A DNA stretch of 64,000 nucleotides from an uncultured Actinomycetes bacterium (GCA_963841735.1 CAWJDT010000001.1:1024001-1088000); one strand, 5' to 3'; counted from the first letter of the stretch, positions 49,693-60,400 are shown. Program-made: numbers and translations. Notes: generated by a model from the letters alone, not told the origin.

Positions 49693-52600
49693 TCATCGTG
49701 GCAGAGGCTCGCTCAAGTCTGCTGCCTCGAGGTGCGCGGTAGCCGGGCCCTGTGCCTCGTTTTCTTCACCGGCCAGCGACAGCCGCACCTGGGTCGTCAG
49801 CTCTTGCGCAGTGAAAGGCTTCTGAATGAAGTGTACCCCTTCCTCAAGTACGCCTTCGTGGGCGATGACGTCGCTCGTATAGCCCGACATGAACAGCCGC
49901 CCGATGCGTGGATACAGCGACAGCAGGTTCTTGGCTAGGTCCCGGCCGTTCATCTCGGGCATGACCACATCGGTGACAAGCAGATGCAGTTCGCCGCGGT
50001 GCTCCCGGGCCAAGCGGATGGCTTGGCCCGGACCGCTTGCCGCGACTACTGTGTAGCCCTGGCCCTCAAGCATCCTCGTAGCGAGTCTCAGGACCGCTGG
50101 CTCGTCTTCCACCAGCAGGACGGTCTCTCGGCCTCTGGCCATCGGCGCGGAGGCGCTCCTCTGCTCAAGCGGCTCGGCCGCGGCTACGTGCCGCGGCAGG
50201 TAAACAGTGAACGTCGATCCTTCACCCGGAGGGCTGTCGACCGTGATGAAGCCATTGTTCTGTTTGACGATGCCGTAGACGGTGGCCAGTCCCAGACCAG
50301 TGCCCTCGCCGACGGCCTTGGTGGTGAAGAACGGTTCGAACAGCCGGCCTATCGTTGTCTCGTCCATGCCACCGCCGTCGTCGTTCACGGCCAACTGCAC
50401 GTAGTCTCCTGGCACAGCGCCCAAGTGAGCAGTGCAATGGGCTGGATCCAACGCGCAGTTGAGCGTTGCGATGGTCACCATGCCCACGCCGGCTATGGCG
50501 TCCCGGGCGTTGACGCACAGATTGGTCAATATCTGTCCGACCTGGGAGGGGTCTACCTTCACGGCCCACAGGTCGGCTGCGGGTCGCCAGTCCAGGTGGA
50601 TGTTCTCGCCAATGAGGCGCTCCAGCATGTTGAGCATGCCGTCCACCGCCTCGTTCAGGTCGAGGACTTTGGGCGCGACCGTCTGCTTGCGTGCAAAGGC
50701 CAACAGCTGGCGGGTGAGATCGGCGGAACGCTCGGCTGCTTTGTGGATCTCGATGAGGTCGGCATAGAGCGGCTGGGCCGGGTCTGCTTGTCCGAGAGCC
50801 ATCTCGGCGTGTCCGAGGATGACCCCCAGCATGTTGTTGAAGTCATGGGCTACGCCGCCCGCCAGCCGGCCCACCGATTCCATCTTCTGGGCCTGCTGTA
50901 ACTGGGACTCCAAGGCCAGTTTCTCGGTAACGTCCTCGATCATCTCGACCGCTCCCGTGATCTTGCCCGTCTCATCGTGGATGGGCCAAGAAACGATGCG
51001 GCGATCGCGTGCGCCGGTCGACACATTCCCTGAGAAAGTCCTTTCGTGGACCAGGCCGTCCTGCAGCGTCTGGAGAGTCGGACAGCCGTCGCACGGCCCC
51101 TCGCGCGGCGGCACACTGAACACGCGGTAGCACAGCGGGTGTTGGCTCGTGTCGATCGTGGGAAACGACTCGTGCATCAGGGGGTTCAGCTCGAGGACCT
51201 CCAATTCGGGACTGAGTAGCGTAACGCCCACCCTTATGCTGTCCAGGATGGCGCGTACCTTCGCCTCGCTCTCCCGCAGCGCCTTCTCAGTCCGCTTGCG
51301 TTCGGTGATGTCGGCGATGATGGCGGCAAACTGGTTGGGCGCAGGTTGGAAGAGAGCCACATGAAAGTGGCTCTCTTCCGAATGAAGGTAGTCCTCGATC
51401 ACATGGGGCGTCCCGTTGAGAGCCACGTCGCCGCAGATGTTGATCCACTGCGGGTCGAGGTCGGGTTGCGTCTCCAGACCCGTGCGACCCACGATCTTCT
51501 CGGCCCTGGCGCCGTACAAGCGCTCGAACGCCGCATTGACAAGCAGATAGCGGTAGTCGATCGGGTTTCCTTGCTCGTCGCAGATGATTTCGTGCAAAGC
51601 GAACCCGTCCAACATCTCCCGGAACAGCATGCTGTACTTCGCCTCGACCTGCCGGCGTTCGGTGATGTCCTGATGAGTCCCTTTCAGAACCAGTACCTTC
51701 CCGGCGGCGTCGGTCTCGGACTTACCGGTGATGACAATGGTGCGCTCGGCCCCGTCGGGACGGCGGATGCGAAACTCCAGCTCGTAGGGAGTCCCGTGCT
51801 TCATGGCCTCTGTCGCCGCCCGCGAAACTCGCTCGTAGTCCTCCGGGTGGGTCCACTCGCTGACATTCGCCCGGGGGGCGCCCTGTTCCGGGTCCAGACC
51901 CCAAATGCGGAACATCTCCTCTGACCAGGTGAGTTGCTGCGTCACCAGGTCCAACGTGTAGTTGCCAATGTGAGCGAGTCCCTGAGCCTCCAGCAGATCG
52001 CGCTCACTTTGCCGCAGTGCCTCCTCGGTGCGTTTGAACTCGCTGATGTCGGTGGCGTAGATATGGACGCCGACGACGTTACCTTCGGAATCCAGCGAAC
52101 GGCTAGAGACGGCCGAAAACCAGCGCCGACCCTCGGGAACGTCCAAGCAGTATTCGTGAACTATGGAAGTCGGGGAAGCCGCCGTCTCGCGGATCCAGCT
52201 CAGATGCGCGCGGCCGGCTTCATCGCCAGAGATCTGGGAAATCAGCCTGCCCACGAAGTCCTCTGGAGAGCCGCCCCCAGCGTCGTTGAGCGCCCTTTCG
52301 TTCAAGAAGAGAAGACGACCGTCCAGATCCCAATACGTGACGCTCACGCCACCGTGCTCCAGGACCTCTCTCAGGCTTTTCTCGCTCTCCCGCAAAGACT
52401 CCTCAGTGCGTCTCCGCTCGGTGATATCCCGGAACGCCAGCAGCGAGCGGCGCGACCCGTCGGCGCTGACCAAGAATGAGGCACTGAATTCCACCGGGAA
52501 AGGTGTGCCGTCTTTGCGGACGAAGGCTACCTCTCCAATCGCTCTGCCGGTCCGGTCGCGTTCCGCAAGGCGGACGGCGGAGGAGCGGTCCAGCAAGACC

Positions 52601-53388
52601 AGGTCTTCGCGTCTCGACCCGCGGAGCTCGTCTTCGGTCATTGCGAACATGGTACAGGCAGCCGGATTTGCCTCGAGGATCGTTCCCTCCGGCGTGGAGA
52701 TGACAATGCCGTCGAGGCTCTGCTCAAAGAGCGCACGGTGCTTCTCTTCCCCCACGCAGAGAGCTTCTCTTGCCTGTCTCTCGGCCAAGACGAGCGCGAT
52801 GCCTGCCGCCACCTTCTCGACCCGGACAATCGTCTGCAGGGAGAAACGGTCGCGCCGCTTGTCGTTCAGTTGAAGCAGCCCGATGTTCTCCCCTCCCGCA
52901 CTCAGGGGAACGAGGGCCATTGACTCGTAGCCCTCGCTGTTGCAGCGGTTGCGGTTGCGCGCCATCTGCTCGGCCTCGGTTGTGGAGGCAAGAAGATCGG
53001 TGGTGCTGTTTGTCCAGAAGCTGCCACCGGGCGTGAAGAAGGGCTTCTCCGGATCGAAACGGCCCAGGATCACATTGCCGCACATGCATTCGAGCACCGG
53101 GCTGCCTTTGAGATCGTGCAAGGGAGCGCCATCGGGCCCTGTCGCGCAAAGGCTGTTCTCGAGTCTCACGAACTCGGCGGGGAAGCCCTGCACCTCGAAG
53201 TAGGGGTAGTCCTCGCCGTCGCTCAGCCGCATGCCGGTCGCCTGGCATCCCAGCCAGTTTCTTACGTGTTCGAGGATGGACCTGATCAGGTCGTGACTGT
53301 CTACTCCCGTGGTGGCCAGCCCGATGACTTCGAGCAATGCATCGGTCGCTTCTTCTTCGCGCGTTCTCTTCGATACGCTGGGTGACAT
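49693..53388 (-). CDS. Cytoplasmic hybrid sensor kinase GAF-(PAS)n-HisKA-HATPase-REC
   Basis: GGVAHDFNN, NLCVNARDA, FFTTK..GEGTGLGL, VEDE...TDVVMP...KPF. Confidence 0.95.
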   Translation of the reverse strand: MSPSVSKRTREEEATDALLEVIGLATTGVDSHDLIRSILEHVRNWLGCQATGMRLSDGEDYPYFEVQGFPAEFVRLENSLCATGPDGAPLHDLKGSPVLECMCGNVILGRFDPEKPFFTPGGSFWTNSTTDLLASTTEAEQMARNRNRCNSEGYESMALVPLSAGGENIGLLQLNDKRRDRFSLQTIVRVEKVAAGIALVLAERQAREALCVGEEKHRALFEQSLDGIVISTPEGTILEANPAACTMFAMTEDELRGSRREDLVLLDRSSAVRLAERDRTGRAIGEVAFVRKDGTPFPVEFSASFLVSADGSRRSLLAFRDITERRRTEESLRESEKSLREVLEHGGVSVTYWDLDGRLLFLNERALNDAGGGSPEDFVGRLISQISGDEAGRAHLSWIRETAASPTSIVHEYCLDVPEGRRWFSAVSSRSLDSEGNVVGVHIYATDISEFKRTEEALRQSERDLLEAQGLAHIGNYTLDLVTQQLTWSEEMFRIWGLDPEQGAPRANVSEWTHPEDYERVSRAATEAMKHGTPYELEFRIRRPDGAERTIVITGKSETDAAGKVLVLKGTHQDITERRQVEAKYSMLFREMLDGFALHEIICDEQGNPIDYRYLLVNAAFERLYGARAEKIVGRTGLETQPDLDPQWINICGDVALNGTPHVIEDYLHSEESHFHVALFQPAPNQFAAIIADITERKRTEKALRESEAKVRAILDSIRVGVTLLSPELEVLELNPLMHESFPTIDTSQHPLCYRVFSVPPREGPCDGCPTLQTLQDGLVHERTFSGNVSTGARDRRIVSWPIHDETGKITGAVEMIEDVTEKLALESQLQQAQKMESVGRLAGGVAHDFNNMLGVILGHAEMALGQADPAQPLYADLIEIHKAAERSADLTRQLLAFARKQTVAPKVLDLNEAVDGMLNMLERLIGENIHLDWRPAADLWAVKVDPSQVGQILTNLCVNARDAIAGVGMVTIATLNCALDPAHCTAHLGAVPGDYVQLAVNDDGGGMDETTIGRLFEPFFTTKAVGEGTGLGLATVYGIVKQNNGFITVDSPPGEGSTFTVYLPRHVAAAEPLEQRSASAPMARGRETVLLVEDEPAVLRLATRMLEGQGYTVVAASGPGQAIRLAREHRGELHLLVTDVVMPEMNGRDLAKNLLSLYPRIGRLFMSGYTSDVIAHEGVLEEGVHFIQKPFTAQELTTQVRLSLAGEENEAQGPATAHLEAADLSEPLPR

Positions 53389-53482
53389 CGCGCCGACCTC
53401 CGATTTACCCGCAGAGTCGATGCCACAAGTAGAATACGACTTCTGGCAGGCGCCCGCACGCTGTAGTCGATATCATGGGTAC

Positions 53483-54463
53483 ATGAGATACAGGACATTG
53501 GGACAGTCGGGCATAGAAGCGTCGGTGGTAGCCTTCGGCGCATGGGCCGTGGGAGGCTGGTTCTGGGGAGGCGCCGACGAGCAGGACTCTGTGGACGCCA
53601 TCCGCGCGGCCCTCGACGCCGGCATCACCTTGATAGACACCGCTCCCGCCTACGGACTGGGCCATTCCGAGGAGATCGTGGGCAGGGCCATCCAGGGACG
53701 GCGCGACCAAGTTGTTCTGGCTACCAAGTGCGGATTGGTGTGGCATACCCATAAGGGCACGCACTTCTTCGATGAGTTCGGCAAACCCATGCACAGGTAT
53801 CTCGGGCCCGAATCGGTGCGGTATGAGGTGGAGCAGAGCCTTCGGCGTCTACAGACGGACGTGATCGATCTCTACCAGACTCACTGGCAGGATCCCACCA
53901 CGCCCATCGAAGAGACCATGGGCACGCTGTTGGACCTCAAGCGGGAGGGCAAGATCCGCGCCATCGGGGTGAGCAACGCCACAGTCCAGCAGATGGACGA
54001 GTACCGCATGAGCGGCCCGCTGGACAGCGACCAAGAGAAGTACAGCATGCTGGCGCGGGGTATGGAATCGGCTCAACTTCCCTACTGCGAGCGCAACAAC
54101 ATTGCGATGCTCGCCTACTCGCCCCTGGCGCAGGGTCTGTTGACCGGCAAGGTGCCCGTGGACCGGGTGCTCGCCGAGGGCGACATGCGGGCGGAGAGCC
54201 AGAAGTTCAGCGTGGCCAATCGCAAGAAGATCCTGACGTTCTTGGAGGAGATCCGGCCCGTCGCGGACGCCCACAACGCCACTCTGGCCCAACTCGTCAT
54301 CGCGTGGACGCTTGCGCAGCCGGGGCTGACGCATGCGCTGGTGGGGGCGCGCAACCCGCGGCAGGCCCTAGAGAACGCGGCCGCGGGCGACATCGTGCTG
54401 GCCGAAACGGAGTTGGCAACCGTTGCCGAGGCCCTGACAAGGCTTGACATGGGCGCGGCGTAG
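53483..54463 (+). CDS. Aldo/keto reductase
   Basis: IDTAPAYG, LATKCG, IDLYQTHW, IGVSN, YSPLAQGLLTG. Confidence 0.95.
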   Translation: MRYRTLGQSGIEASVVAFGAWAVGGWFWGGADEQDSVDAIRAALDAGITLIDTAPAYGLGHSEEIVGRAIQGRRDQVVLATKCGLVWHTHKGTHFFDEFGKPMHRYLGPESVRYEVEQSLRRLQTDVIDLYQTHWQDPTTPIEETMGTLLDLKREGKIRAIGVSNATVQQMDEYRMSGPLDSDQEKYSMLARGMESAQLPYCERNNIAMLAYSPLAQGLLTGKVPVDRVLAEGDMRAESQKFSVANRKKILTFLEEIRPVADAHNATLAQLVIAWTLAQPGLTHALVGARNPRQALENAAAGDIVLAETELATVAEALTRLDMGAA

Positions 54464-54485
54464 AAGAGCATTCAGCGTTGGCTAG

Positions 54486-54558
54486 TGGCCCGTACCGGAT
54501 TTGAACCGGTGATCTCCGCCTTGAGAGGGCGATGTCCTAACCGCTAGACGAACGGGCC
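54486..54558 (-). tRNA. tRNA-Glu (anticodon CTC); CCA not encoded (followed by CTA)
   Basis: GGCCCGT acceptor stem; TCGCC-CT-CTC-AA-GGCGG anticodon arm; ACCGG-TTCAAAT-CCGGT T arm. Confidence 0.97.
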
Positions 54559-54602
54559 AATCTGCACCCCAGCCGCCAGGCGCTGCCTGGGCGCGAACGC
54601 GT

Positions 54603-54631
54603 ACTCTACCCGCGGGCGCGCGGGCTGTCAA
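54603..54631 (-). promoter_or_regulatory. Housekeeping sigma promoter of tRNA-Glu
   Basis: TTGACA-N17-TAGAGT on the minus strand, 44 nt before the tRNA. Confidence 0.75.
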
Positions 54632-54641
54632 CCTTGAGCGG

Positions 54642-56111
54642 TCAGAACGAGGCTGCGGACTGCGCCGCTTTCAGGCGCGCAAGCGTGCGCTCTCGTCCCA
54701 GAAGGGCAAGCGATTCGAACAAGGGAAGAGACACCATCGACCCCGATACAGCCACGCGGAGCACCTGGAACACCTGTTTGGGCTTCACGCCCAGCGTCTC
54801 GGGCAGGGCCCGCAGAGAGTTCTCGATCGTTGCAGGAGCCCACTCAGAGAGCGAGGCTAGCGTGTCGTAGGTTGTCGCCAGCGCGAGCCCGGCGCCCTCC
54901 TTGGCAAGTATCTTCTCCACGGCCGCCGGATCGATGACAACGTCCTGAGTGAAGAGGTAGCGGGCCAGCGGCACGATGTCGGTGGTGCGCTTGAGGCGCT
55001 CAGAGACGAGAGGAGCGAGCGCCGAGTACCAGTCATGGCGGGCCTCCAGATCGCCCGCGGGGGCAAGGCCTGCCTCTTCGATCCAGGGAAACACCCGGGC
55101 TGCCAAGTCCTCGGGTGGCATATTGCGGATATAGACGCCGTTCATCCATTCGAGCTTCTCGAAGTCGAAGATAGCCGGGCTCATCGAGATCCGCTCGAGC
55201 GAGAACTGCGTCTTCAGGACCTCAGGCGGCACGATGGTGGTCTCGCCGTCGAGCGACCAGCCAAGCAGGGCAAGGTAGTTGAGCAGCGCCTCGGGTAGGT
55301 AGCCCTCGTCTCGAAACGCCTCGACCGACGTTGCGCCATGACGTTTGGAGAGCTTTTTGCCATCGGCTCCCCAGATCATGGAGAGATGGGCGAACATGGG
55401 CACGGCGTGTCCGAGGGCTTCGTATACCAAGATCTGGCGCGGTGTGTTGGAGAGATGATCGTCGCCTCGGATGACGTGGGTTATCTGCATGTCGGCGTCG
55501 TCGACCACGGTGGCGAAGTTGTAGGTTGGAGTGCCGTCGCCCCGTACGAGCACGTAGTCGTCCATGGCACTCGCCGGGAAGATGGTCTCGCCGCGAACCG
55601 CGTCGACCACAACGATGTCGCCACGATCCTCGGGTACCGCCAACCGCCAGACATGAGGCTCGCCGGCAGCAAGGCGCGCGCCTACGGCGGCGGGGTCGAG
55701 CCTTCGGCAGGTCCTGTCGTAGCCGCCCACGCCCTCACTGGAGCGCGCTGATGCTCTCTTGGTCTCCAGCTCCTCGGTGGAGCAGAAGCAGGGGTAGGCG
55801 CTGCCGTTGGTCTTCATGCGCTCGAGGGCGGATGTGTAGTTCTCCGCGCGCTCCGTTTGGGAGTAGGGACCGAACGGGCCGCCGATGGCGGGTCCTTCGT
55901 CCCAGTCGAGCCCCAGCCACTCAAGAGAGCGGAGGATCTGCGCGGTGTTCTCCGCTGTTGAGCGTTCCGGGTCGGTGTCGTCGATGCGCAGGACGAACGA
56001 GCCGCCGGTGCGCCGGGCAAACGCCCAGTTGTAGATGGCCGTGCGCGCCCCGCCGACATGGAGAGCGCCGGTAGGACTGGGGGCGAAGCGAACGCGAACG
56101 GAGTCGGGCAT
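54642..56111 (-). CDS. gltX: Glutamate--tRNA ligase
   Basis: RFAPSPTG.LHVGG, RIDDTD, KLSKRHG, anticodon-binding domain; adjacent to tRNA-Glu. Confidence 0.97.
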   Translation of the reverse strand: MPDSVRVRFAPSPTGALHVGGARTAIYNWAFARRTGGSFVLRIDDTDPERSTAENTAQILRSLEWLGLDWDEGPAIGGPFGPYSQTERAENYTSALERMKTNGSAYPCFCSTEELETKRASARSSEGVGGYDRTCRRLDPAAVGARLAAGEPHVWRLAVPEDRGDIVVVDAVRGETIFPASAMDDYVLVRGDGTPTYNFATVVDDADMQITHVIRGDDHLSNTPRQILVYEALGHAVPMFAHLSMIWGADGKKLSKRHGATSVEAFRDEGYLPEALLNYLALLGWSLDGETTIVPPEVLKTQFSLERISMSPAIFDFEKLEWMNGVYIRNMPPEDLAARVFPWIEEAGLAPAGDLEARHDWYSALAPLVSERLKRTTDIVPLARYLFTQDVVIDPAAVEKILAKEGAGLALATTYDTLASLSEWAPATIENSLRALPETLGVKPKQVFQVLRVAVSGSMVSLPLFESLALLGRERTLARLKAAQSAASF

Positions 56112-56258
56112 GGGATCCTTCTCTAGAAGGCCGCTGAGCTTTGTCGCAGCCAACTATACCGTCATCGCCGCGGCCCGGCGGTCGACTTCGCGTAGTAGGA
56201 TAGGGACTACCGGCCGGTAGCGCCCGCCGCGGCGCATCCCGAGGAGAGGATAGAGCCC

Positions 56259-56591
56259 ATGGTAAGAGCAAGATACGTGCCTGAGGAGTTCGGCAATGAG
56301 GTGGAGGCGCCGTCTGGGTACTACCAGCCCCTGGAAGAGGCATTCCTGGATCACGACGGGAAGCGACTGCTGTACATAGTGGGGAGCGCCTGCATCGATG
56401 CGTCATGCTGCGGGATAAGCAGCTGGAAGTACCTGCGCGTCGAGGGATACGTGGTCGGTAACGACGCTCCCCCAAGCGAAAACGCCGGGACCTATCTTGA
56501 AGTAGATACGATCGACAGCGAGAGCGAGAAGACAGCGATACGCAGGCTTCTGCTGGATAAGCACCCTGGAGTGAGGATAGAGTTTCGCTAG
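56259..56591 (+). CDS. Hypothetical protein with CxDxSCCG motif
   Basis: GAGGAG upstream; SGYY, LYIVG.ACIDASCCG. Confidence 0.7.
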   Translation: MVRARYVPEEFGNEVEAPSGYYQPLEEAFLDHDGKRLLYIVGSACIDASCCGISSWKYLRVEGYVVGNDAPPSENAGTYLEVDTIDSESEKTAIRRLLLDKHPGVRIEFR

Positions 56592-56643
56592 CTAGCCCGC
56601 CGCGGAGTCAGCCACCGGATTGTCGCTGGGGTCGTCCGAAAAG

Positions 56644-57417
56644 TTATACTGTCTGATAGCCGTACGCCAGCCACCCGCCATCCACGGGCAAGGTGATGCC
56701 GGTGATGAAATCCGCTTCGTTGGAAGCCAGGAAGAGTACTGCCTGCGCGACTTCCTGAGGCTCCGCCGCGCGCCCCATGGGGCATCTCTTCTGGATCTCT
56801 TCCAAAGACACGAATCCTGCCTTGATGGCGTTATCCAAACGAGGGGTCGCCGTCCAACACGGCGCCACGCAGTTCACGTTGATCTTGTACTTGGCCCATT
56901 CCACGGCCTGAGAGCGGGTCATATTGATCACGGCAGCCTTGGACGGACCGTAGGCGTTGACATAGGGGACACCGGCTATGCCGGTTTGAGAGCCGATGTT
57001 GACTATCTTGCCGCCGCCGTTGGTCGACATCCAACGCGCCACGCGCTGGCTGCAAAGGAAAGTGCCCCTCACATTTATGTCCCAGACTTTGTCCCAAGCA
57101 TCCATGTCGGTCAATTCGAACGTGGGGGAAGGCACCTTGCCCACGCCGGCGTTGTTGACCAGTATGTCGATGCCACCAAATGCGTCGATGGCCTTGTCGA
57201 CCATGGCATACACCTGGTCCGGGTCGGCGATATCCGCGGCGATAGCCAGAGCCTTTCGCCCGAGCCCTCTAACGGCCGCGGCCGTCGCTTCGGCTTCGGA
57301 GAGATCGAGATCGGCGACGACCACGTCCGCACCCTCTTGTGCGAACAGCATGGCTGTCGCCAGACCGATCCCTCTGCCCGCGCCGGTGACTAGTGCGATC
57401 TTGCCCTGCAATCTCAT
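56644..57417 (-). CDS. SDR family oxidoreductase
   Basis: TGAGRGIG, NNAG, YGPSK, ITGITLPVDGG. Confidence 0.95.
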   Translation of the reverse strand: MRLQGKIALVTGAGRGIGLATAMLFAQEGADVVVADLDLSEAEATAAAVRGLGRKALAIAADIADPDQVYAMVDKAIDAFGGIDILVNNAGVGKVPSPTFELTDMDAWDKVWDINVRGTFLCSQRVARWMSTNGGGKIVNIGSQTGIAGVPYVNAYGPSKAAVINMTRSQAVEWAKYKINVNCVAPCWTATPRLDNAIKAGFVSLEEIQKRCPMGRAAEPQEVAQAVLFLASNEADFITGITLPVDGGWLAYGYQTV

Positions 57418-57484
57418 CTTGAACTCCTCAAGAGGCGGCCTGTAGCCCTACGGGGTTGAAGTCTGCCAAGGCGACGATGCCGTG

Positions 57485-59770
57485 TCAACCGGCCGCGCCA
57501 CGGTCGAGCCGGCGAACGAGTGCCGGCACAACAGTCACCGTCGCGATGAGGGCGAAGAGCACGTCCACGACCACCACGATACCGAAGTCGCGCAGGACGG
57601 GGAACGACGAAGCTATGAGCGCGCCAAAGCCGGCTGCCACGGTCAGCGCCGAGGCCGCTATGGCCCGGCCGACCCTGGCCATGGCTTCTTCCATGGCGAG
57701 GTCGTGCGAGATGCCCCTTGCCCGTTCTTCCCAGTAACGGCTGAGGAGCAGGACGGTGAACTCGGTGCCTATGGCTATGACGAGCGCGCCGAGTACGGCT
57801 GTGAGGGGGTTGAGTTCCACGCCTGCTATCCACATCAAGCCCGAAGACCAGCCGGTCACCAGCGCAATGGGGATCACGGCTATTAGCGCCCGTCGCCAGT
57901 TGCGGTAGATGACCAACAGACCGAGTAGCACCACCGCAATACCGATGCCCATGACCAATCCTCGGTTCTCGGTCATCGTACCTACCGCGCGGGCGGTGAG
58001 ACTCATGGTGCCACCCGGAATGAGAGTTACGCCAGGGGGCGGGTCTGCTTCAGCCATCAGGTCGTCTATGAGCCGATTCAGACCGGAGATGGGCATCGCG
58101 TTCACGGTGAAGACGATGGAGGCCCGCGTCCTGTCGGCGGTGACCAAGCCCTCGCGGATGGTGGGCGGCAGTTGGTCTATCGCCGCTGCGATTGCTTGGG
58201 AGGAGGGGGCTGGAGTGCCTGGCTGGATGCCAAGCGTAGCGGTCAGACCGGCTACGTCGGCAAGTTCGGCATGAGCCGTCATGGCCTGGGCCTGGAACTC
58301 GGCGATCCACTGCGTGACGGAGGGCGCGGTGACATCCGGGGCCTGCACGAGGAGAGGGAGCTCGGTGCTTGCTCCGACCACGCTCCGGGCCTGATTCAGA
58401 GCCACGACGCCGGGTGTGCTCGAGGGGATGAGTTTCTCGATGTCGGTCTGCACAGTGAGATCTCGGTCGGCGGCGAAGCCTAGTGCCGCCAAGAGCACGG
58501 CCGTCGAAACCACCCAGATGGCGTGTCGCCGGGACCAGCGGGCCACCGCGGGCAGAGCCACTCCAAGGTTCAGCCAGTCTTTGCTCAGAAGGCCGCGGAC
58601 ACGGCCGCCGGCGGGTATGACGGTGGCGTTGGCGCCGGCATTGGCACCGGCCCTGGCGTTGGCGCCCGCCTCAGCAGAAACGGTCTGAGGTTGGCGGTCG
58701 AAGCGATAGAGGACGGCATTGAGGACGAACAGCGCCGCCGTGTAAAGCACCGCCGCTCCGATGGCCAGCAAGACCCCGAAGTCTCTTACGGCGGGCACGG
58801 CGGAGATGAGAAGGGTGACAAAACCCAAGATCATGACGGCGGCAGCCACGCCCACCGCCGGCGCGATATGCGAGATGGCGGCGATGATGGCTTCGGAGCG
58901 GGGTTCGCCCCGGCGCCTCTCCTCTCCGTAGCGGTTGTGAAACTGGATAGCAAAGTCGACACCAAGGCCGATGAGTATCGGAAGGCCGGCGAGGGTCACC
59001 AACGTGAGGGGTATGTTGACGGCGGCGGCCAGGCCAAACGTCCACAACACGCCGATAAGGACCACTGGGAGTGACAGTAGGCGCCACCGGGCGGGAAAGG
59101 CAACAAACAGGATCAGCACCATGAGCGCTACGGCGATGGCGCCGGTCCGAGCAAGATCGGTGACGATGGCCGACTTGATGTCGCCGAAGACTCGGGACAT
59201 GCCGGCTACAATCGCGCTGGAGGTAAAGGGGCTGGCTGCGGCAGTTCTCTGGATCATGGCGGCCGCTTCGGACTGTTCGTCGGTGGTGAGACCGCCGGCG
59301 AGACGGACCACCACGAGCGCGTGACCATTGGGGAAGAACCGGGTGAGCTGGGCGATCAGCTCGTCGTCGGCGTAGGAGGCCAACAGGGCAGGATCGAACG
59401 AGGCAAGGTCTACTCCGGCTTGGGCGGCCAGCGGCCGCAGCAGCGTGAGCGGACTCACCACCGAGCGGATACTTGGGTCGGCGCCGAGCTGCTTCTCCAG
59501 CTGTGCGTAGCCGCTGAGTGCCTCGCTGCTCGTGAGGTCGGCGAGCGTACCTGGGATGAGCATCATCACGGCATCGCCGCCAAACGCTTCGTCATACGCC
59601 TTGTAGCCGCGGAACGCCTCGCTCTCGGACGAGACAAAGGCCTCCTGTGTGGTGACAAGGGAGATATTGCTCACACCCCACCCGGCGAGGGCGACGAGGA
59701 CCAGCACGACCACCAGTATTGCCAGGGCGCGGCGTTCGACGATGCTTCCCACGAATCTGGCAATCTTCAC
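57485..59770 (-). CDS. RND/MMPL (HAE3-like) transporter
   Basis: Two RND halves; IGLGVDFAIQFHNRY, IAIGTEFTVLLLSRY. Confidence 0.9.
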   Translation of the reverse strand: MKIARFVGSIVERRALAILVVVLVLVALAGWGVSNISLVTTQEAFVSSESEAFRGYKAYDEAFGGDAVMMLIPGTLADLTSSEALSGYAQLEKQLGADPSIRSVVSPLTLLRPLAAQAGVDLASFDPALLASYADDELIAQLTRFFPNGHALVVVRLAGGLTTDEQSEAAAMIQRTAAASPFTSSAIVAGMSRVFGDIKSAIVTDLARTGAIAVALMVLILFVAFPARWRLLSLPVVLIGVLWTFGLAAAVNIPLTLVTLAGLPILIGLGVDFAIQFHNRYGEERRRGEPRSEAIIAAISHIAPAVGVAAAVMILGFVTLLISAVPAVRDFGVLLAIGAAVLYTAALFVLNAVLYRFDRQPQTVSAEAGANARAGANAGANATVIPAGGRVRGLLSKDWLNLGVALPAVARWSRRHAIWVVSTAVLLAALGFAADRDLTVQTDIEKLIPSSTPGVVALNQARSVVGASTELPLLVQAPDVTAPSVTQWIAEFQAQAMTAHAELADVAGLTATLGIQPGTPAPSSQAIAAAIDQLPPTIREGLVTADRTRASIVFTVNAMPISGLNRLIDDLMAEADPPPGVTLIPGGTMSLTARAVGTMTENRGLVMGIGIAVVLLGLLVIYRNWRRALIAVIPIALVTGWSSGLMWIAGVELNPLTAVLGALVIAIGTEFTVLLLSRYWEERARGISHDLAMEEAMARVGRAIAASALTVAAGFGALIASSFPVLRDFGIVVVVDVLFALIATVTVVPALVRRLDRGAAG

Positions 59771-59935
59771 CTGCACCGCTCCTTTCGATAGAGTAGACCG
59801 CAACAGAAACCGGGTCCCTATTCGCGTGGCCCGGTGCTCGTAAGCAACACGTATATCATAGCGCGTGTACTATTCACTAAGGATGACGTAATACCCCGGA
59901 GGTGTCGTGGCGATGCTGCAGAGAGGCCTCAGGCG

Positions 59936-60376
59936 ATGAGCGAGCGGACCCGCTTGCTCGACGAGATCGGCACCCTCGAGATCCGGCTGCTTGCCTCGGG
60001 GCTGCCGGAGGAGACCTCGTCGCTGCTCGACTACGAGATCACGCTCCAGCAGCTCCGCGCCTTCGCGCTCATCTACGCCCGCGGACAGGTGGCCATCAAC
60101 AAGGTTGCGGACGCGTTGGGCATCCGACCGAACGTCGCCACCGGCATCGTTCAACGGCTTGTCGATCGAGGATTGATCAAACGCCGCGAAGACCCGGCCG
60201 ATCGACGCGTGCGTCTTCTGACTGTCACAGAGCAGGGGCTCGCGCTTATCGATCAACTGGCTGCGATCGTCATGGCTAAAGCACGTGAGCGCCTCGAGCG
60301 GCTGAGCGATGCGCGGCTAGGTCAACTGCGAGACATTCTCACCGAGATGGGCGGTACGCAGGAAGGACACGTGTAA
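59936..60376 (+). CDS. MarR family regulator, divergent from the RND gene
   Basis: ITLQQLRA, TGIVQRLVDRGLI.R.EDPADRRVR. Confidence 0.92.
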   Translation: MSERTRLLDEIGTLEIRLLASGLPEETSSLLDYEITLQQLRAFALIYARGQVAINKVADALGIRPNVATGIVQRLVDRGLIKRREDPADRRVRLLTVTEQGLALIDQLAAIVMAKARERLERLSDARLGQLRDILTEMGGTQEGHV

Positions 60377-60400
60377 CGCCGGCGGCCACCCTTGTTCGTC
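60370..60400 (+). promoter_or_regulatory. Candidate ECF-type promoter
   Basis: CGTGTAACGCCG-N15-CGTC; same layout as 62551-62581. Confidence 0.55.

Noticed and set aside
54480-54510. tRNA-Glu 3' end as an island attachment site
   Set aside because: No integrase nearby and no duplicate of the tRNA 3' end noticed in the window.
58626-58670. AGANA-type peptide repeats inside the RND transporter
   Set aside because: In-frame low-complexity expansion in the linker between the two halves; no functional evidence.
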